Positions 1 to 11,876 of a stretch of 64,000 bases of DNA are shown piece by piece. The notes beneath the pieces are model-generated. The model was not told where the DNA came from and did no database searches. It saw nothing but the letters and a program-made list of their open reading frames with translations. The stretch is from a virus: the IMG/VR virus record IMGVR_UViG_3300020472_000012, positions 1 to 64,000 of that record. One strand, written 5' to 3'. Position 1 is the first letter of the stretch; each line of letters opens with the position of its first letter. Position numbers and translations under genes: made by a program.

Positions 1-1227
1 AATGTAGGAAACTTTACAACAGAAGATATTAAGAACACTGCATTATCCACAACATACTTTACTGCAACTAAAGTAGAGTCACATCATCCATTTGAAGAAG
101 AATCAAAAGAACAAATACAAACAGAACCAGTTACAGCAGTAAGTGGTAAGACTGCAACAGAAGGTGGTGCAGAACCTTATGACCATACTACAAAAGTAAA
201 TGGATTTATAGGTAGAGGTAGAGTATTAGTATCAGATGACCCTAACGAGTTCTATGATACTGTAATGAAGAACAGAACTAAGAATGTTATCGTAACTCAA
301 ACCTTTGCAAGTGCAGCCACTAAGAGTGGTAAGACACTTGCAGTAGTACCTTCTAGTAAAGAAGATGCAAACCAACAAGGAACAAGAACAGACCAATCAA
401 CTAGCACAACAACAACTCTAAGAATAACTGGTGGTTTAGATTGGGGTGATACAATACAAAGTGCAAATAGAGATTCAATATTAAATAACCTTGCAACAGG
501 AAGAGAAGAACATAAAGTCCCATCCGACTCAAAACGATTTAACTCAGTTAGAATTTCAGACCATGAACAAATGATAACCGAAGATGGTTATAGCTTGGTT
601 GCAGAACCAGACCATGGCCACCTAATGTTAGAACCTAAGTGGGAAGAATATAATGCAAGTGAGTCTGTTGATGGAAAACAATATTACACTAATGGTTGGG
701 TAGTAGACCCAACAGAAGAATTAATACTAGAGGATGGTGGTAAGTTACGAATAGAAGATGCAACAGATATAGAAGTTGCAGTTAAGTTAGTAACTGAAAG
801 AACACCAAACTTTGGAAGTATGTACCTCAGACACGAAGAACATGGAAGAATAATCTTCGAGGACGATAGTGCATTAGTACAAGAGATGTCATCAAGTATA
901 CTACCAACTCCTACAATAGCAGTTGGGCCAACACTGGGTGATTTATCTAGAATAGGATTCTCTTCAAATTTAGAATTTGAAGAAAGAATGAGACAAGAGT
1001 CTGGAAATGCAGCCAACAATGTTGATGGCATTAATACTGAAACTGGTAAAGGGGATTTAATCCTTATGGAAAGTGGATGGAAACTCTTGGAAGAGGCACC
1101 TTACGAGGGTGTCAAAATTAGTGATATAAGTACCTTATATGGAAATATACCTATATCAGAATTGGAAATTAATGAAGGTATGAGAACAAGTCTAACTTTT
1201 TCTGCATCAGTTCAATCTGGTGCATAA
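1..1227 (+). CDS. Baseplate wedge protein, gp7-like, 5'-truncated
   Basis: Frame +1 is open from base 1 to the stop at 1227; recurrent (L/I)xxEDG motifs; lies directly upstream of gp8. The call rests mostly on synteny. Confidence 0.55.
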   Translation, partial: NVGNFTTEDIKNTALSTTYFTATKVESHHPFEEESKEQIQTEPVTAVSGKTATEGGAEPYDHTTKVNGFIGRGRVLVSDDPNEFYDTVMKNRTKNVIVTQTFASAATKSGKTLAVVPSSKEDANQQGTRTDQSTSTTTTLRITGGLDWGDTIQSANRDSILNNLATGREEHKVPSDSKRFNSVRISDHEQMITEDGYSLVAEPDHGHLMLEPKWEEYNASESVDGKQYYTNGWVVDPTEELILEDGGKLRIEDATDIEVAVKLVTERTPNFGSMYLRHEEHGRIIFEDDSALVQEMSSSILPTPTIAVGPTLGDLSRIGFSSNLEFEERMRQESGNAANNVDGINTETGKGDLILMESGWKLLEEAPYEGVKISDISTLYGNIPISELEINEGMRTSLTFSASVQSGA

Positions 1228-1233
1228 AAGTTG

Positions 1234-1241
1234 TATAAATA
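1234..1241 (+). promoter_or_regulatory. T4-type late promoter TATAAATA
   Basis: Exact gp55 consensus, intergenic, upstream of gp8. Confidence 0.8.
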
Positions 1242-1290
1242 CCTATTAGAATTAAAATTTATTTTTTTAAATTAGAGGAAGGAAAAACAA

Positions 1291-2715
1291 ATGGCAGCGA
1301 TTATAACAGAAAAATTTCGTTTGCACAATGCAAAGCAATTTCGTGAAGTTGCTTCGGAGTCTGGAAATGACATGTATATGTTTATTGGTAGACCATCTGC
1401 ATGGTCAGACGATTCTAATCCACCAACTCCAGTAGACTCTTTGAATGATGAGTATGATGCATACGCAAACATGGTTGCACTTAAGAAAGTTGCAACTACC
1501 GATGTTAGTCATGCCATTGTAAGACGAGACTGGACAAGTGGAACAGCATACGATGAGTATAGACATAATTATACATCATCTAACACATCAACAAGTGGTG
1601 CATCCACACTATGGGCATCTACATTCTATGTAATGACAGATGACTATAATGTGTACAAATGTATAGAAAATAACAGTGGTGCAAACTCTACTGTTAAACC
1701 AGACCACACTACTGTTGCAATACCAACCGAATCAGATGGATACAGATGGAAATATATGTATTCAATATCTGCATCAGATGTAATCAAATTCGTAACATCA
1801 GACTTTATACCAGTGAAGACACTTGGTGCAAAGGCTGCTGTAGAAGGTGATTCTGGTGCATTAGGAACTGCAGCTTCTGACGATGCATCTGCACAATGGG
1901 ATGTAGAGAATGGTGCAGTCGATGGAACAATCGAACACATAAGAGTAACAGCAGCTGGTTCTGGATATACAGATGGGACTTATACAGTTGCAATCGCAGG
2001 GGATGGTTCTTCTGCAACTGCAAGTATAACAGTATCATCTGGAGCAGTTTCTGCTGCAACAATAAATGCAGTAGGTTCTGGATATTCAGTAGCAAGTATT
2101 AACAGTGCAACTTTTATTGCATCTGCTGGTTCTGGTTCAAGTGCAACATTTGATGTTATAGTAAGTCCTAAGGCTGGACATGGTTCAGACCCAGTTGAAG
2201 AACTAGGTGGAAACTATGTTATCGTTAACTCAAGACTTGAGTATGCAGAAGGAAGTGGAGACTTCCCAACTGATAACGATTTCAGACAAATAGGTCTTAT
2301 TGTAAACCCAACAAACATAGGAACAAACACTCTATCAAGTGCAAGTACATTAAGTGCATCTAATGCCTTTACAATGGCATCTGGTGCTACTATGCCTTCA
2401 GTTGACGACAAGATTAGAAATGCTTCTACTCTTGCAGCTGGAAGTGCAGCGGGTATCGTAGTTTCAGTAGACTCAACAAATAGGATTATATCTTATTTAC
2501 CATCTACTGGTTCAACAGACCTATACAATGACTTTAGTGCAAGTGATACAGTATACAGTTCTGCTGGGGCAAGTCTTGGTACAATCTCTAGTGTAGATTC
2601 AACAAGACCAGAAGTTCAAAGAAACTCTGGTGACATTGTATACATAGAAAATAGGGGTGCAGTTGCAAGGGCAGCTGACCAGATTGAGGACATCAAATTA
2701 ATCATAGAAATGTAG
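1291..2715 (+). CDS. gp8: Baseplate wedge subunit gp8
   Basis: MAAIITEKFR start; YMFIGRP..W; FYVMTDDYNVYKC; DGYRWKYMY; NDFRQIGLI; C-terminal QIEDIKLIIE. Confidence 0.9.
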   Translation: MAAIITEKFRLHNAKQFREVASESGNDMYMFIGRPSAWSDDSNPPTPVDSLNDEYDAYANMVALKKVATTDVSHAIVRRDWTSGTAYDEYRHNYTSSNTSTSGASTLWASTFYVMTDDYNVYKCIENNSGANSTVKPDHTTVAIPTESDGYRWKYMYSISASDVIKFVTSDFIPVKTLGAKAAVEGDSGALGTAASDDASAQWDVENGAVDGTIEHIRVTAAGSGYTDGTYTVAIAGDGSSATASITVSSGAVSAATINAVGSGYSVASINSATFIASAGSGSSATFDVIVSPKAGHGSDPVEELGGNYVIVNSRLEYAEGSGDFPTDNDFRQIGLIVNPTNIGTNTLSSASTLSASNAFTMASGATMPSVDDKIRNASTLAAGSAAGIVVSVDSTNRIISYLPSTGSTDLYNDFSASDTVYSSAGASLGTISSVDSTRPEVQRNSGDIVYIENRGAVARAADQIEDIKLIIEM

Positions 2716-2726
2716 GATAACTAACA

Positions 2727-5700
2727 GTGGCTCAAAAAACAGACCTTAATGTTAGTCCTTATTATGATGATTACTCAGACTCGAAGAATTTTCATCGAGT
2801 TCTGTTTAAACCATCAGTTGCTATACAGGCAAGGGAACTAACACAATTACAATCTATACTGCAAAACCAGATAGAAAGATTTGGTAACCATGTCTTTAAA
2901 GAAGGTTCCATCATCACTGGTGCAAGAACAACTTATGATGATAAGTTCTTTGCAGTAAAGGTTAATGATACCAATCCAAATGGAAGTGGAACTTCTGCAA
3001 CTGAATCATTCAGAGCAGATTCTTTAGATAAAATATTTCAAGGTGAAACAACTGGTGTTGTCGCAAAGGTCGTAGATACTGCTGCCAAAACAACTTCTGA
3101 CCCACTAACACTATTTGTAAAATATCTTAGAACTGGAAACTCTGGTACTACATTCTATAATGAGTTCCAAGACGCAGAAGAAATCTCAAGGGTAACTGCA
3201 AATGCCACAACTGGTGCGTATACATCTGCATCAGACAATAACGAATTTAAAGTATTCTCACAATCTGGATTAACAGATGTTGGTTCAGTTCAAGGTAGTG
3301 CAGTAAGTATTGCCGAAGGTATTATGTATGTTCGTGGTAATTTTGTCAAGGTAAGTAAACAAACTTTAATCCTAGAAAAATATTCTGCAACTCCATCCTA
3401 CAAGATAGGTCTTGATGTTGCAGAAACTTTAGTAGATTCTACAACAGACACATCTCTATTAGATAATGCAATTGGTTCAACAAACGAAAATGCTCCAGGC
3501 GCAAATAGACTTAAAATCTCTTTAACTCTTGCAAAGAAATCTTTAACTGCAACAGACTCAACTAACTTCATCGAATTGATGAGAGTTGAAAGTGGTATCG
3601 TAACAAGAAAAACTCAAATGACAGAGTATGCAAGATTACAAGACTCTCTTGCACAAAGAACTTATGATGAGAGTGGAGATTATACACTACAACCTTTCTC
3701 AGTTTCATTTAGAGAACATTACAATAACCAAACAAACAATGGTGTCTATACTTCAACAGACACACCAGCTGGGGACAAAACTAAATTTATTGCAAATGTA
3801 TCTGCTGGTAGAGCATATGTTAAAGGATACCAAGTTAATAAATCATCTCAATCGTTTGTCACGATGGAGAAAGCAAGAACTACAACTAGTAAGACTGGTG
3901 TAGAATCACCATTTAGACTTGGGAACTATATTAAAGTAGAAAACATATATGGTTCACCAGACATTGGTAATGAAGGTACATTAAATCCAATGAATGAAGT
4001 TCTATTATATGATACTGCATTAGGTTCCTCTGGTTCTGGAAATGGTGGTGGTAGTGCAATTGGTGTTGCAAGAGTAAGAAACATAGACAACGATGGTACA
4101 AACTATAGAGTGTATCTATTTGATGTCCAGATGTTTACTAAGATTACAAACACTGGTACAGTAGCAATGACTGGTGGTTCAAAGATTAAAGGTAGTTCAA
4201 GTAATGCAATAGGAACTGTATACAGTCAATCTGGTGCAGTAGTAAATTGTATTAATGTTACTGGTATATTCCAAGCAGGCGAAACAATAACAAGACAAGA
4301 TGACGATACTGTTACTGCAACAGTTAGTTCAACAACTCCAAGAAACTATGGAATTCAAAGAGCAAGAAGGATACACCAGACTGCTGGTAATCAAGGTGGT
4401 GCAGCTGCATTTGGTGGAGACTTAGTATTAGATGATAATGTTTCTTTAACTGGAACTGCATATATTGGTTCTGGTGACTTGGATGCATTAGTTGGTGTTG
4501 GTTCTAAATTCACAAACCAATTAGAAGAAGGTGATAAGATTTTATTCCCAGATGGTCAAACTGGAATTGTAAACTCAATCGCATCAGACACTTCTGTTGA
4601 TTTAATAGCAGATTTAACTGGTGCAATCGATGGTACAATTATAAGAACTAGACCAAAATTATACAAAGCAAATCAAACAGTCGCAATCTCTGGACTACCA
4701 CAAGATGGTGTTAGTAACTGTACTACAACTAGAGAAGTAGTAAGACGACAAGAATTAGTTACAGTTGCATTAAGTAAACTTACACTTAGTGCTAATAGTG
4801 GTGAAACATTCACTGCAAAATCTGTAGAAGATTATGTAATAACAAACGAAAGTACAGGTGCAGCGGTTTCTGTTAGTGGAACAACATTCTCTGGTGCTGG
4901 AACAGCAGGATTAGAAATTAGTAGTGGGGATGTACCAGCAAATGGTGTTGTATGTAAAGTTTTATATACAGTAGTAAGAGACAACTCTGTAGCTGCAGAA
5001 GCATCAAAGACTATGAAGAGGTCTACAGTAATAAATGTTAATACTGCTGACCCATCAATTTTTGGAGTAGGATATCAACATGAAGATATCTCTTTAGGTA
5101 TAACAGATTTATATAAAGTTAGAGCCATTTATCAAGGTGGTTCTACTGTGTCGTATGGTTCAACTCCAACCGAATCGACAGAAGCACTTCCACCTTCATT
5201 CGTATATACTGCTGATGAAGGAAATAGTGTTGCAATTTCAGCTGCTGGTACTCTACTAAAAGGTAGTGTTTCTGGTGCAAGGGGTATATTAATAGAGAAC
5301 TCTGGTGGTACATGTTTCTTCTATTACATAACAGATAAAAGATTTCAAAACTCAGAAGAAATTACAACAGAATTAGGTTCTGTTGGAACATGTGCAAGTG
5401 TTAGCGTAGGTTCACCAGAAATTAAAAATAGTTTCTTGGTCGATGATGGTCAAAGAGATGGATACTATGGACTTGCAAGTATAACTAGAAAACAACAAGC
5501 ACCAACACCAGCAGGTAAATTAAAGATTATTGTAGATTACTTTGTACATGGTTCTGGTAACTACTTTACTCATAACTCATATACAGATATGATGTTTGAA
5601 GAAATGCCACATTATGTTGCAGATAGGATTGACCCTAATGCAACCTTTGAACCAAGTGGTACATTCAGATTAAGAGATGCGATAGATTATCGTCCAGCAG

Positions 5701-8700
5701 TTGCACCAGAATTAACAGTATCTAGTACAACATACAATGCTGTAATAAGTGCAACACCACCAGATGTATCTGCATTAGGTAATTATCCTTTTGCATATTC
5801 AACACAAGCTTTTGATAGTAATTCTCATACTGTTGACCTTCATAAGATTGGTGCAAACACTACATCTAATGTAACTAATTATCTAAACAGAATAGATAAA
5901 CTTTTCTTAACTTCTAAAGGTGACTTTATAGTTTCTAAAGGTGAGTCTTCACTATCACCAGTTGCTGGTGGAGATATAGAAGATGCAATTCTTATTGGAA
6001 CAGTAAAGGTTCCAGCATACACAACACATGCAGAAGATGTATCAATTAAATTAAAGAATCATAGACGATACACAATGAGAGACATTGATAGAATGTCTAA
6101 GAGATTGACAATTCTTGAAAATGCAGTAACAATGTCTATGTTAGAAACAACAACTGATAGTTTACAAGTTTTAGATGATGATGGGTTTGATAAGTTTAAA
6201 TCTGGATTCATCGTAGATGCATTTAAAGGTCATGGTGTAGGTAACCCTTCACATCCAGACTATCAAGTTGCAATGGATGGTGCAATGAATGTTGCAAGAC
6301 CTACTGGATATACTGGAAGAGTTGGTCTATCTGCTAATACAGATAAATCAAACAACATTGTAATTAATGATAACATTGTAACATTGAAGTTTGATTCTGA
6401 TGCATACTTACAAGCAACGAAAGCTTCAACCGAATTAAATGTAAACCCATTCAACATTGCAAACTTTATTGGTAACTTAACCTTAGACCCAGATGCAGAC
6501 CAATGGCATGAAAGAACACAAATGCCAGATGTACTTACAAGTGTAGAAGGTAACTTTGATGCAATACAATCTGTTGCTGGTGTGGGTACAGTTTGGAATG
6601 AGTGGCAAGAAACATCACAAGGTATCCCAGTAACAACTCAAGAAAATGTTGTAACTGAAACCTTACCTATAGAAACTATAGAAAGAATGGGTGGCCGAAG
6701 AGGTGGTAGATGGATTGGTGCAATGCAAGCCAACCAGTTAATGGGATTTGAATTCCAACCTCGTTGGGATGAAGTAGATTTCATTGCAGACAACTGGGAT
6801 GGTGGTGGAAGAATTAACAGTGAAGGTACTGCTGGAACAAGAACAACATTTACAGAAGTAACAACTACACCAACAGTAGAACAAAGAAGTGGTGTAAACA
6901 CACAGGTAGTTGAAGATATAGTAAGAACAGAAAACGATAGACTTGTCAAGATGGATGCAATTCCATTTATGAGAAGTATCGATATAACTGCAACAGCAGA
7001 AAACATGAAACCTAACAGTAAGTTAAATGTATACTTTGATGGTATTCAAGTTAATTCACATTGTACTCCATCATCTGCAACTTATGGTGTTGGTGGTGCA
7101 ACTACAAAAGGAACACAAATTTTAACAGATGGACATGGTAAGGCATTATTTACATTTACTATTCCAAATAACAATCCATCATTTTCAACTGGTACAAGAA
7201 CAATGAAGTTGACAAATGGTGATTCAATCGATGATGCAAAATCTACAACTAGTGCAGAAGCAACATTCTCTGCACAAGGTACAATGGCACATCATCAGAA
7301 GACAATTACTTCAACAAGAAATGCAAGAGTAGTACAAACAAATGTTAGTGAAAGTAGAGATGGTTCAATTGTTACAAGAGAAGACAAACAAACAGAAACA
7401 GAAGGTACTCCAAGAATTGTTTGGATTGACCCACTTGCACAATCCTTCTTGGTTACTGATACAAATGAAGAAGGTGCATTCTTAACTAAGATTGACCTAT
7501 ACTTCTCTACAAGAGATGCAACTGGTTTACCAGTAACAGTAGATATAAGAGAGATGGAAAATGGATATCCAACACAAAGGATAGTTCCAGGCTCAGAAGT
7601 AACTAAGAATCCAGATGATGTTAATGTTAGTTCTAATGGACAAACTGCAACAACATTTGAATTTAAACATCCGATATATGTTCAACCAAATAGAGAATAC
7701 TGTTTTGTTGTAACATCTAACTCTAACGAATACTTCTGTTGGACTGGAGAGATGGGTAAATTTGATGTTCATACACAAGAGCCTATTGACGAACAACCAT
7801 ATGCTGGTGTTCTATTCAAATCTCAAAACAGTTCTACATGGACTACCGAAGAGATGCAAGACCTTAAGTTTACAATTTATCGTGCTAAGTTTGTATCAAG
7901 TGGTACTTTAACATTAGAAAACGACAAGTATGGTGAAGTGGCTGGATATGCTCAGTCATCAACAACTGCAACAGATGAGTCAACATCACAAAACTTCTCA
8001 TCTCAAAAATGGATAAACCCAATAGAAATTGTTGGAACTGGAGATGGAAACAGATTTAAGGTTCACCAATTATCACATGGAATGTATGATACAGATTCTA
8101 ATGTTGTAATAGAAGGTGTGGTTGGTGATAGACTATCTGGATTAACAAATATCTCAATCGCAGCTTATGGTGGTAGTGCAGCTGGAAGTGCAGCGACTTA
8201 CACTGATGTTGCACTTTATGATAATTCAACTGGTGCTGTAACTGATGCAACTGCTGATATCGTAGTAGATTCAGCCTCAACTGCAAGTTCAATAAAAATT
8301 AATAATCCAGGCTCTGGTTTAGCAACAACACAAACATTAAAACTTTTAAACAGTGGAGCTGGTGGTTCTGGTACAGCAACATTCTGTACAATAACAATTA
8401 ATGCAGTAGGTGACACTTTAGGTGGTATGCCTATCAGTCTAATCAATGCAACTCATAATAATGTTGCAAGTTTCGATATGGATTCATACGAAATAGATGT
8501 TAACCTTAACTTAGGTAGTGGAAGTGATAAGTCAGTTGGTGGTATAGAGAATATTAGAGGTGGTGGAACTGCTGTAAGAGCAAGTAGAAACTTATACTAC
8601 GATAGTATACATCCATCTATAAGACACTTAACTATGCCTAAGACTTCAATTACACCGAATCTATTTACTACAAGTGCAAACTCTCCACAAGGAAGTGCAA

Positions 8701-9368
8701 GTGCATATAGTAAAGCAACTGCAAGTGCAGTGGTAGTAATAGATGATAACAACCCAATGGCAAGTCCTAAGATGATTCCTTCATTCATAAATGAGTATGA
8801 GGAAATGGGTAATGTAAGAGGTTGTCAATTAGACCTTAACATGACAAGTTCATCAAACATAACTGGAGAAACAACTTATACATCAAGAGTATCTCCAGTA
8901 GTAGATTTAAACAGTGCTGGTATAATAGGAACAATGAACAGAGTAAACTTTGTTGATAGTGCAAGTGACATTGCAACTAACTCAACATACATTGCACCAG
9001 AAGTCGCAGAAGGTGATAGTAACAATGCAGTGTACATCACTAAGAGAGTTAACTTGGAGAATGCAGCCACAGAACTTAAAATTATGTTCGATGGATATAG
9101 ACCAGTAACTACAGATGGTGATTGTGAGATATTAACATACTACAAAGTACAAAATCAAGATGATAGTACACCATTCTCATCTAAAGGTTGGATACAATTT
9201 GCAACAACAGATGTTCCAGATGCAGATAGTTCTAGATTTAGAACATACGATTACTCTGTATTAAACTTAGATGAGTTCACAGGATTTGCAATTAAGATTG
9301 TATTGAAGAGTAAACAAACAAGTAGGGTTCCAGTAATAAGACAATTTAGAGGACTGGCACTTGCGTAA
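2727..9368 (+). CDS. Large virion structural protein (DUF4815 / VrlC-like)
   Basis: LNVSPYYDDY...QARELTQLQSILQNQIERFG; APGANRLK; RTYDESGDY; DPLAQSF; GVLFKSQNSSTW; GTG start with RBS. Confidence 0.85.
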   Translation: MAQKTDLNVSPYYDDYSDSKNFHRVLFKPSVAIQARELTQLQSILQNQIERFGNHVFKEGSIITGARTTYDDKFFAVKVNDTNPNGSGTSATESFRADSLDKIFQGETTGVVAKVVDTAAKTTSDPLTLFVKYLRTGNSGTTFYNEFQDAEEISRVTANATTGAYTSASDNNEFKVFSQSGLTDVGSVQGSAVSIAEGIMYVRGNFVKVSKQTLILEKYSATPSYKIGLDVAETLVDSTTDTSLLDNAIGSTNENAPGANRLKISLTLAKKSLTATDSTNFIELMRVESGIVTRKTQMTEYARLQDSLAQRTYDESGDYTLQPFSVSFREHYNNQTNNGVYTSTDTPAGDKTKFIANVSAGRAYVKGYQVNKSSQSFVTMEKARTTTSKTGVESPFRLGNYIKVENIYGSPDIGNEGTLNPMNEVLLYDTALGSSGSGNGGGSAIGVARVRNIDNDGTNYRVYLFDVQMFTKITNTGTVAMTGGSKIKGSSSNAIGTVYSQSGAVVNCINVTGIFQAGETITRQDDDTVTATVSSTTPRNYGIQRARRIHQTAGNQGGAAAFGGDLVLDDNVSLTGTAYIGSGDLDALVGVGSKFTNQLEEGDKILFPDGQTGIVNSIASDTSVDLIADLTGAIDGTIIRTRPKLYKANQTVAISGLPQDGVSNCTTTREVVRRQELVTVALSKLTLSANSGETFTAKSVEDYVITNESTGAAVSVSGTTFSGAGTAGLEISSGDVPANGVVCKVLYTVVRDNSVAAEASKTMKRSTVINVNTADPSIFGVGYQHEDISLGITDLYKVRAIYQGGSTVSYGSTPTESTEALPPSFVYTADEGNSVAISAAGTLLKGSVSGARGILIENSGGTCFFYYITDKRFQNSEEITTELGSVGTCASVSVGSPEIKNSFLVDDGQRDGYYGLASITRKQQAPTPAGKLKIIVDYFVHGSGNYFTHNSYTDMMFEEMPHYVADRIDPNATFEPSGTFRLRDAIDYRPAVAPELTVSSTTYNAVISATPPDVSALGNYPFAYSTQAFDSNSHTVDLHKIGANTTSNVTNYLNRIDKLFLTSKGDFIVSKGESSLSPVAGGDIEDAILIGTVKVPAYTTHAEDVSIKLKNHRRYTMRDIDRMSKRLTILENAVTMSMLETTTDSLQVLDDDGFDKFKSGFIVDAFKGHGVGNPSHPDYQVAMDGAMNVARPTGYTGRVGLSANTDKSNNIVINDNIVTLKFDSDAYLQATKASTELNVNPFNIANFIGNLTLDPDADQWHERTQMPDVLTSVEGNFDAIQSVAGVGTVWNEWQETSQGIPVTTQENVVTETLPIETIERMGGRRGGRWIGAMQANQLMGFEFQPRWDEVDFIADNWDGGGRINSEGTAGTRTTFTEVTTTPTVEQRSGVNTQVVEDIVRTENDRLVKMDAIPFMRSIDITATAENMKPNSKLNVYFDGIQVNSHCTPSSATYGVGGATTKGTQILTDGHGKALFTFTIPNNNPSFSTGTRTMKLTNGDSIDDAKSTTSAEATFSAQGTMAHHQKTITSTRNARVVQTNVSESRDGSIVTREDKQTETEGTPRIVWIDPLAQSFLVTDTNEEGAFLTKIDLYFSTRDATGLPVTVDIREMENGYPTQRIVPGSEVTKNPDDVNVSSNGQTATTFEFKHPIYVQPNREYCFVVTSNSNEYFCWTGEMGKFDVHTQEPIDEQPYAGVLFKSQNSSTWTTEEMQDLKFTIYRAKFVSSGTLTLENDKYGEVAGYAQSSTTATDESTSQNFSSQKWINPIEIVGTGDGNRFKVHQLSHGMYDTDSNVVIEGVVGDRLSGLTNISIAAYGGSAAGSAATYTDVALYDNSTGAVTDATADIVVDSASTASSIKINNPGSGLATTQTLKLLNSGAGGSGTATFCTITINAVGDTLGGMPISLINATHNNVASFDMDSYEIDVNLNLGSGSDKSVGGIENIRGGGTAVRASRNLYYDSIHPSIRHLTMPKTSITPNLFTTSANSPQGSASAYSKATASAVVVIDDNNPMASPKMIPSFINEYEEMGNVRGCQLDLNMTSSSNITGETTYTSRVSPVVDLNSAGIIGTMNRVNFVDSASDIATNSTYIAPEVAEGDSNNAVYITKRVNLENAATELKIMFDGYRPVTTDGDCEILTYYKVQNQDDSTPFSSKGWIQFATTDVPDADSSRFRTYDYSVLNLDEFTGFAIKIVLKSKQTSRVPVIRQFRGLALA

Positions 9369-9558
9369 AATAAAAGATAAAGAACATCTTGTTAAAGATG
9401 AAAGTAATGGTGCCATCATAAATACTGATAAGGCAGGATATCTTGCATATAAACAAAGAAAGATTACCATGAAATCAAGACAAGATGAAATAACAGAATT
9501 AAAAACCGAAGTGTTTGAATTAAAAGGTATGATGAAAGAATTAATGGGTAGACTATAA
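9361..9558 (+). CDS. Small conserved protein following the DUF4815 gene
   Basis: LVKDESNGAIINTD motif plus a coiled-coil end; coupled to both neighbours. Confidence 0.7.
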   Translation: MRKIKDKEHLVKDESNGAIINTDKAGYLAYKQRKITMKSRQDEITELKTEVFELKGMMKELMGRL

Positions 9559-11849
9559 TGGCATTAACAGTAAGTAACAGCAATACACTAGAAGATTTAC
9601 GAGTCAGTCATAATGACCTCGTAGATGATGTTGGTGGTATTGGAAGTTTAAGAACATCACAAACAAATTCATTAGTAGATGCAGTCAATAGTATTATTGA
9701 TGAGTATTTCTATTTTAAAGAATTTGAATTTAGTGCATCTGGTGGAACTAACGAAGCGTTCACTGGTGCAGATGCAGCTGGTGAAACTTTAAAATATTCT
9801 GTTAACAGGTTAATGGTATTTAAGAATGGTACACTACTAAGAAATGGTAGTGAGTATTCTGCAGCCAATGGTTCAAGTATTACTATGGTTGGTTCTACAT
9901 CTTCTGGTGATAAGATAAACATTAAATCATTCACTGGTTCATACGAAGGAACTGCAAGTGCAACTGCATCTCAAACAGTTCAGTGGACAAAGACTGGTAC
10001 TGGTTCAATCTATAACATCAATGCTGGTGGTATAGTAATTAACTCAGATGCAGATTCGGTTGTTACATCACCCGCTGCTGGATATGGAATTCAATTAGAA
10101 TCAACTGGTGATGATGTCTTAATAGAAACTGGTTCATCTAATACAACTAAAATTACAGGTGATATAAATGTTGTAGGAGACTACAAGAAAGATGGTTCTG
10201 CACTTAGAATAACTGATTTAGGTTCTTATGCAACTGATGTCAGAGGACAAATCAGTGCATCTGGAGACTTATCTTATAACAGTTCAACTGGAGTAATGTC
10301 ATTTACTGCTGGTGCAAGTTCAGTTGTTGGATTAACTGATACACCTGCTAACTACAATAGTGCAGCTGGTAAATATTTAAAAGTTAACTCTGGTGAAGAT
10401 GGAGTTGAGTTTGATGCATTAACAACTGATGATGTTACAGAAGGAACAAATCAATTCTATACTGCTGAAAGAACAATGGATTATCTTGCTGGTTCAACTA
10501 CAGCTGGTGAGGGTTTAATTGCTGGAACTAATGTTGGTGTTACATATGATGATGTTGCCAATACAATTACAATTAGTTCTACTGGTAAAACACAAGAAGA
10601 AATAGAAGACATCGTAGATGCGATGACTGCTGCTGGTGAAGGATTAGATATAGTTTATGATGACACTAATGGTACTTTAACATTTTCTGGTGAAGATGCA
10701 AGTACATCTAACAAAGGTGTTGCATCGTTTTCATCCGATAACTTCTCAGTAACAAGTGGTGAAGTTACAATTAAAGACAATGGTGTTATATTAGGAACAG
10801 AAACAACTGGTGATTTCATACAGAACCTAGTTGCTGGTACTGGTGTTTCAGTTAGTACAACTTCTGGAGAAGGACATCAACCTACAGTTGCAGTTGCAGC
10901 TAGTGGTGTTACTGCTGGTTCATATGGTTCTGGAAGTGCAATTCCAAGTATTACAGTTGATGCAACTGGTAGGATAACCGCTGCATCTACAAGTTCAGTT
11001 GATACTTATTCTGGTTTTGACTTTGGTATAAGTGGTTCAGATGCAACAGTTGCTGAAACTGAGAATGTATATATCGCAGGTGGTACTGGTATTGATGCAT
11101 CATTTAGTTCAGATGGAACTACACATACAGTAACTATATCTCAAGATGCAAGTGAATTAACAACTTCAACATCTAATGCTGATGGAGACTACTTTGTAGT
11201 TGTAGATACTTCTAATGCTGAAAAGAAACTAACAAAAGCAAATATTGCTTTATCTGGATTCGATAATGATTCTGGATGGACATCTAATGTTGGTACAACT
11301 ACTGCAAGTAATTCACAAACCTTTACTAACAAGGGTGGTAATATATCTCAATGGACAAATGATAGTGGATATGTAACTTCATCTGGAGTAACATCTGTTG
11401 GTGGTTCATCTGGTGTATCTTCATCTGGTGGAACAACACCTTCATTATCATTAGACACTGCTTTTAATGCACAATTTCAAGGAGTTGGTGCAAACACTGC
11501 TGGTGCAACTGGAGAAGTTCGTGCAACTGGTAACATTACTGCATATTACTCTTCTGATATTGCATTAAAAGAAAATCTAAACCCAATAGACAATGCACTT
11601 AACAAGGTTATGTCAATTACTGGTTACAACTTTGACTGGATAGATTCTCACATCGAAGAAAGAGGTGGAGAAGATGGATACTTTGTTAGAAAGAAAGATG
11701 TTGGTATTGTTGCACAAGAAATAGAAAAAATTCTCCCAGAGGCTGTTGCAGACAGAGTTGATGGAACTAAAGGTGTTAAATACGAACAAATCATCCCATT
11801 ATTAGTCGAAGCAATCAAAGACCTCAAATCTCAATTAGATTCTAAGTAA
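9558..11849 (+). CDS. Tail fibre-like protein with C-terminal intramolecular chaperone (Peptidase S74-like)
   Basis: G/S/T-rich shaft; AYYSSDIALKENL...FDW...GIVAQEIEKILPEAV...YEQIIPLLVEAIKDL. Confidence 0.85.
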   Translation: MALTVSNSNTLEDLRVSHNDLVDDVGGIGSLRTSQTNSLVDAVNSIIDEYFYFKEFEFSASGGTNEAFTGADAAGETLKYSVNRLMVFKNGTLLRNGSEYSAANGSSITMVGSTSSGDKINIKSFTGSYEGTASATASQTVQWTKTGTGSIYNINAGGIVINSDADSVVTSPAAGYGIQLESTGDDVLIETGSSNTTKITGDINVVGDYKKDGSALRITDLGSYATDVRGQISASGDLSYNSSTGVMSFTAGASSVVGLTDTPANYNSAAGKYLKVNSGEDGVEFDALTTDDVTEGTNQFYTAERTMDYLAGSTTAGEGLIAGTNVGVTYDDVANTITISSTGKTQEEIEDIVDAMTAAGEGLDIVYDDTNGTLTFSGEDASTSNKGVASFSSDNFSVTSGEVTIKDNGVILGTETTGDFIQNLVAGTGVSVSTTSGEGHQPTVAVAASGVTAGSYGSGSAIPSITVDATGRITAASTSSVDTYSGFDFGISGSDATVAETENVYIAGGTGIDASFSSDGTTHTVTISQDASELTTSTSNADGDYFVVVDTSNAEKKLTKANIALSGFDNDSGWTSNVGTTTASNSQTFTNKGGNISQWTNDSGYVTSSGVTSVGGSSGVSSSGGTTPSLSLDTAFNAQFQGVGANTAGATGEVRATGNITAYYSSDIALKENLNPIDNALNKVMSITGYNFDWIDSHIEERGGEDGYFVRKKDVGIVAQEIEKILPEAVADRVDGTKGVKYEQIIPLLVEAIKDLKSQLDSK

Positions 11850-11876
11850 AAACTTTCGTTTCAAAATTCTAATCAG

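Noticed and set aside
6670-6840. Compositionally odd Arg/Gly/Trp segment in the DUF4815 protein as a possible intein or intron
   Set aside because: Short, in frame and without splicing motifs; likely a variable loop.
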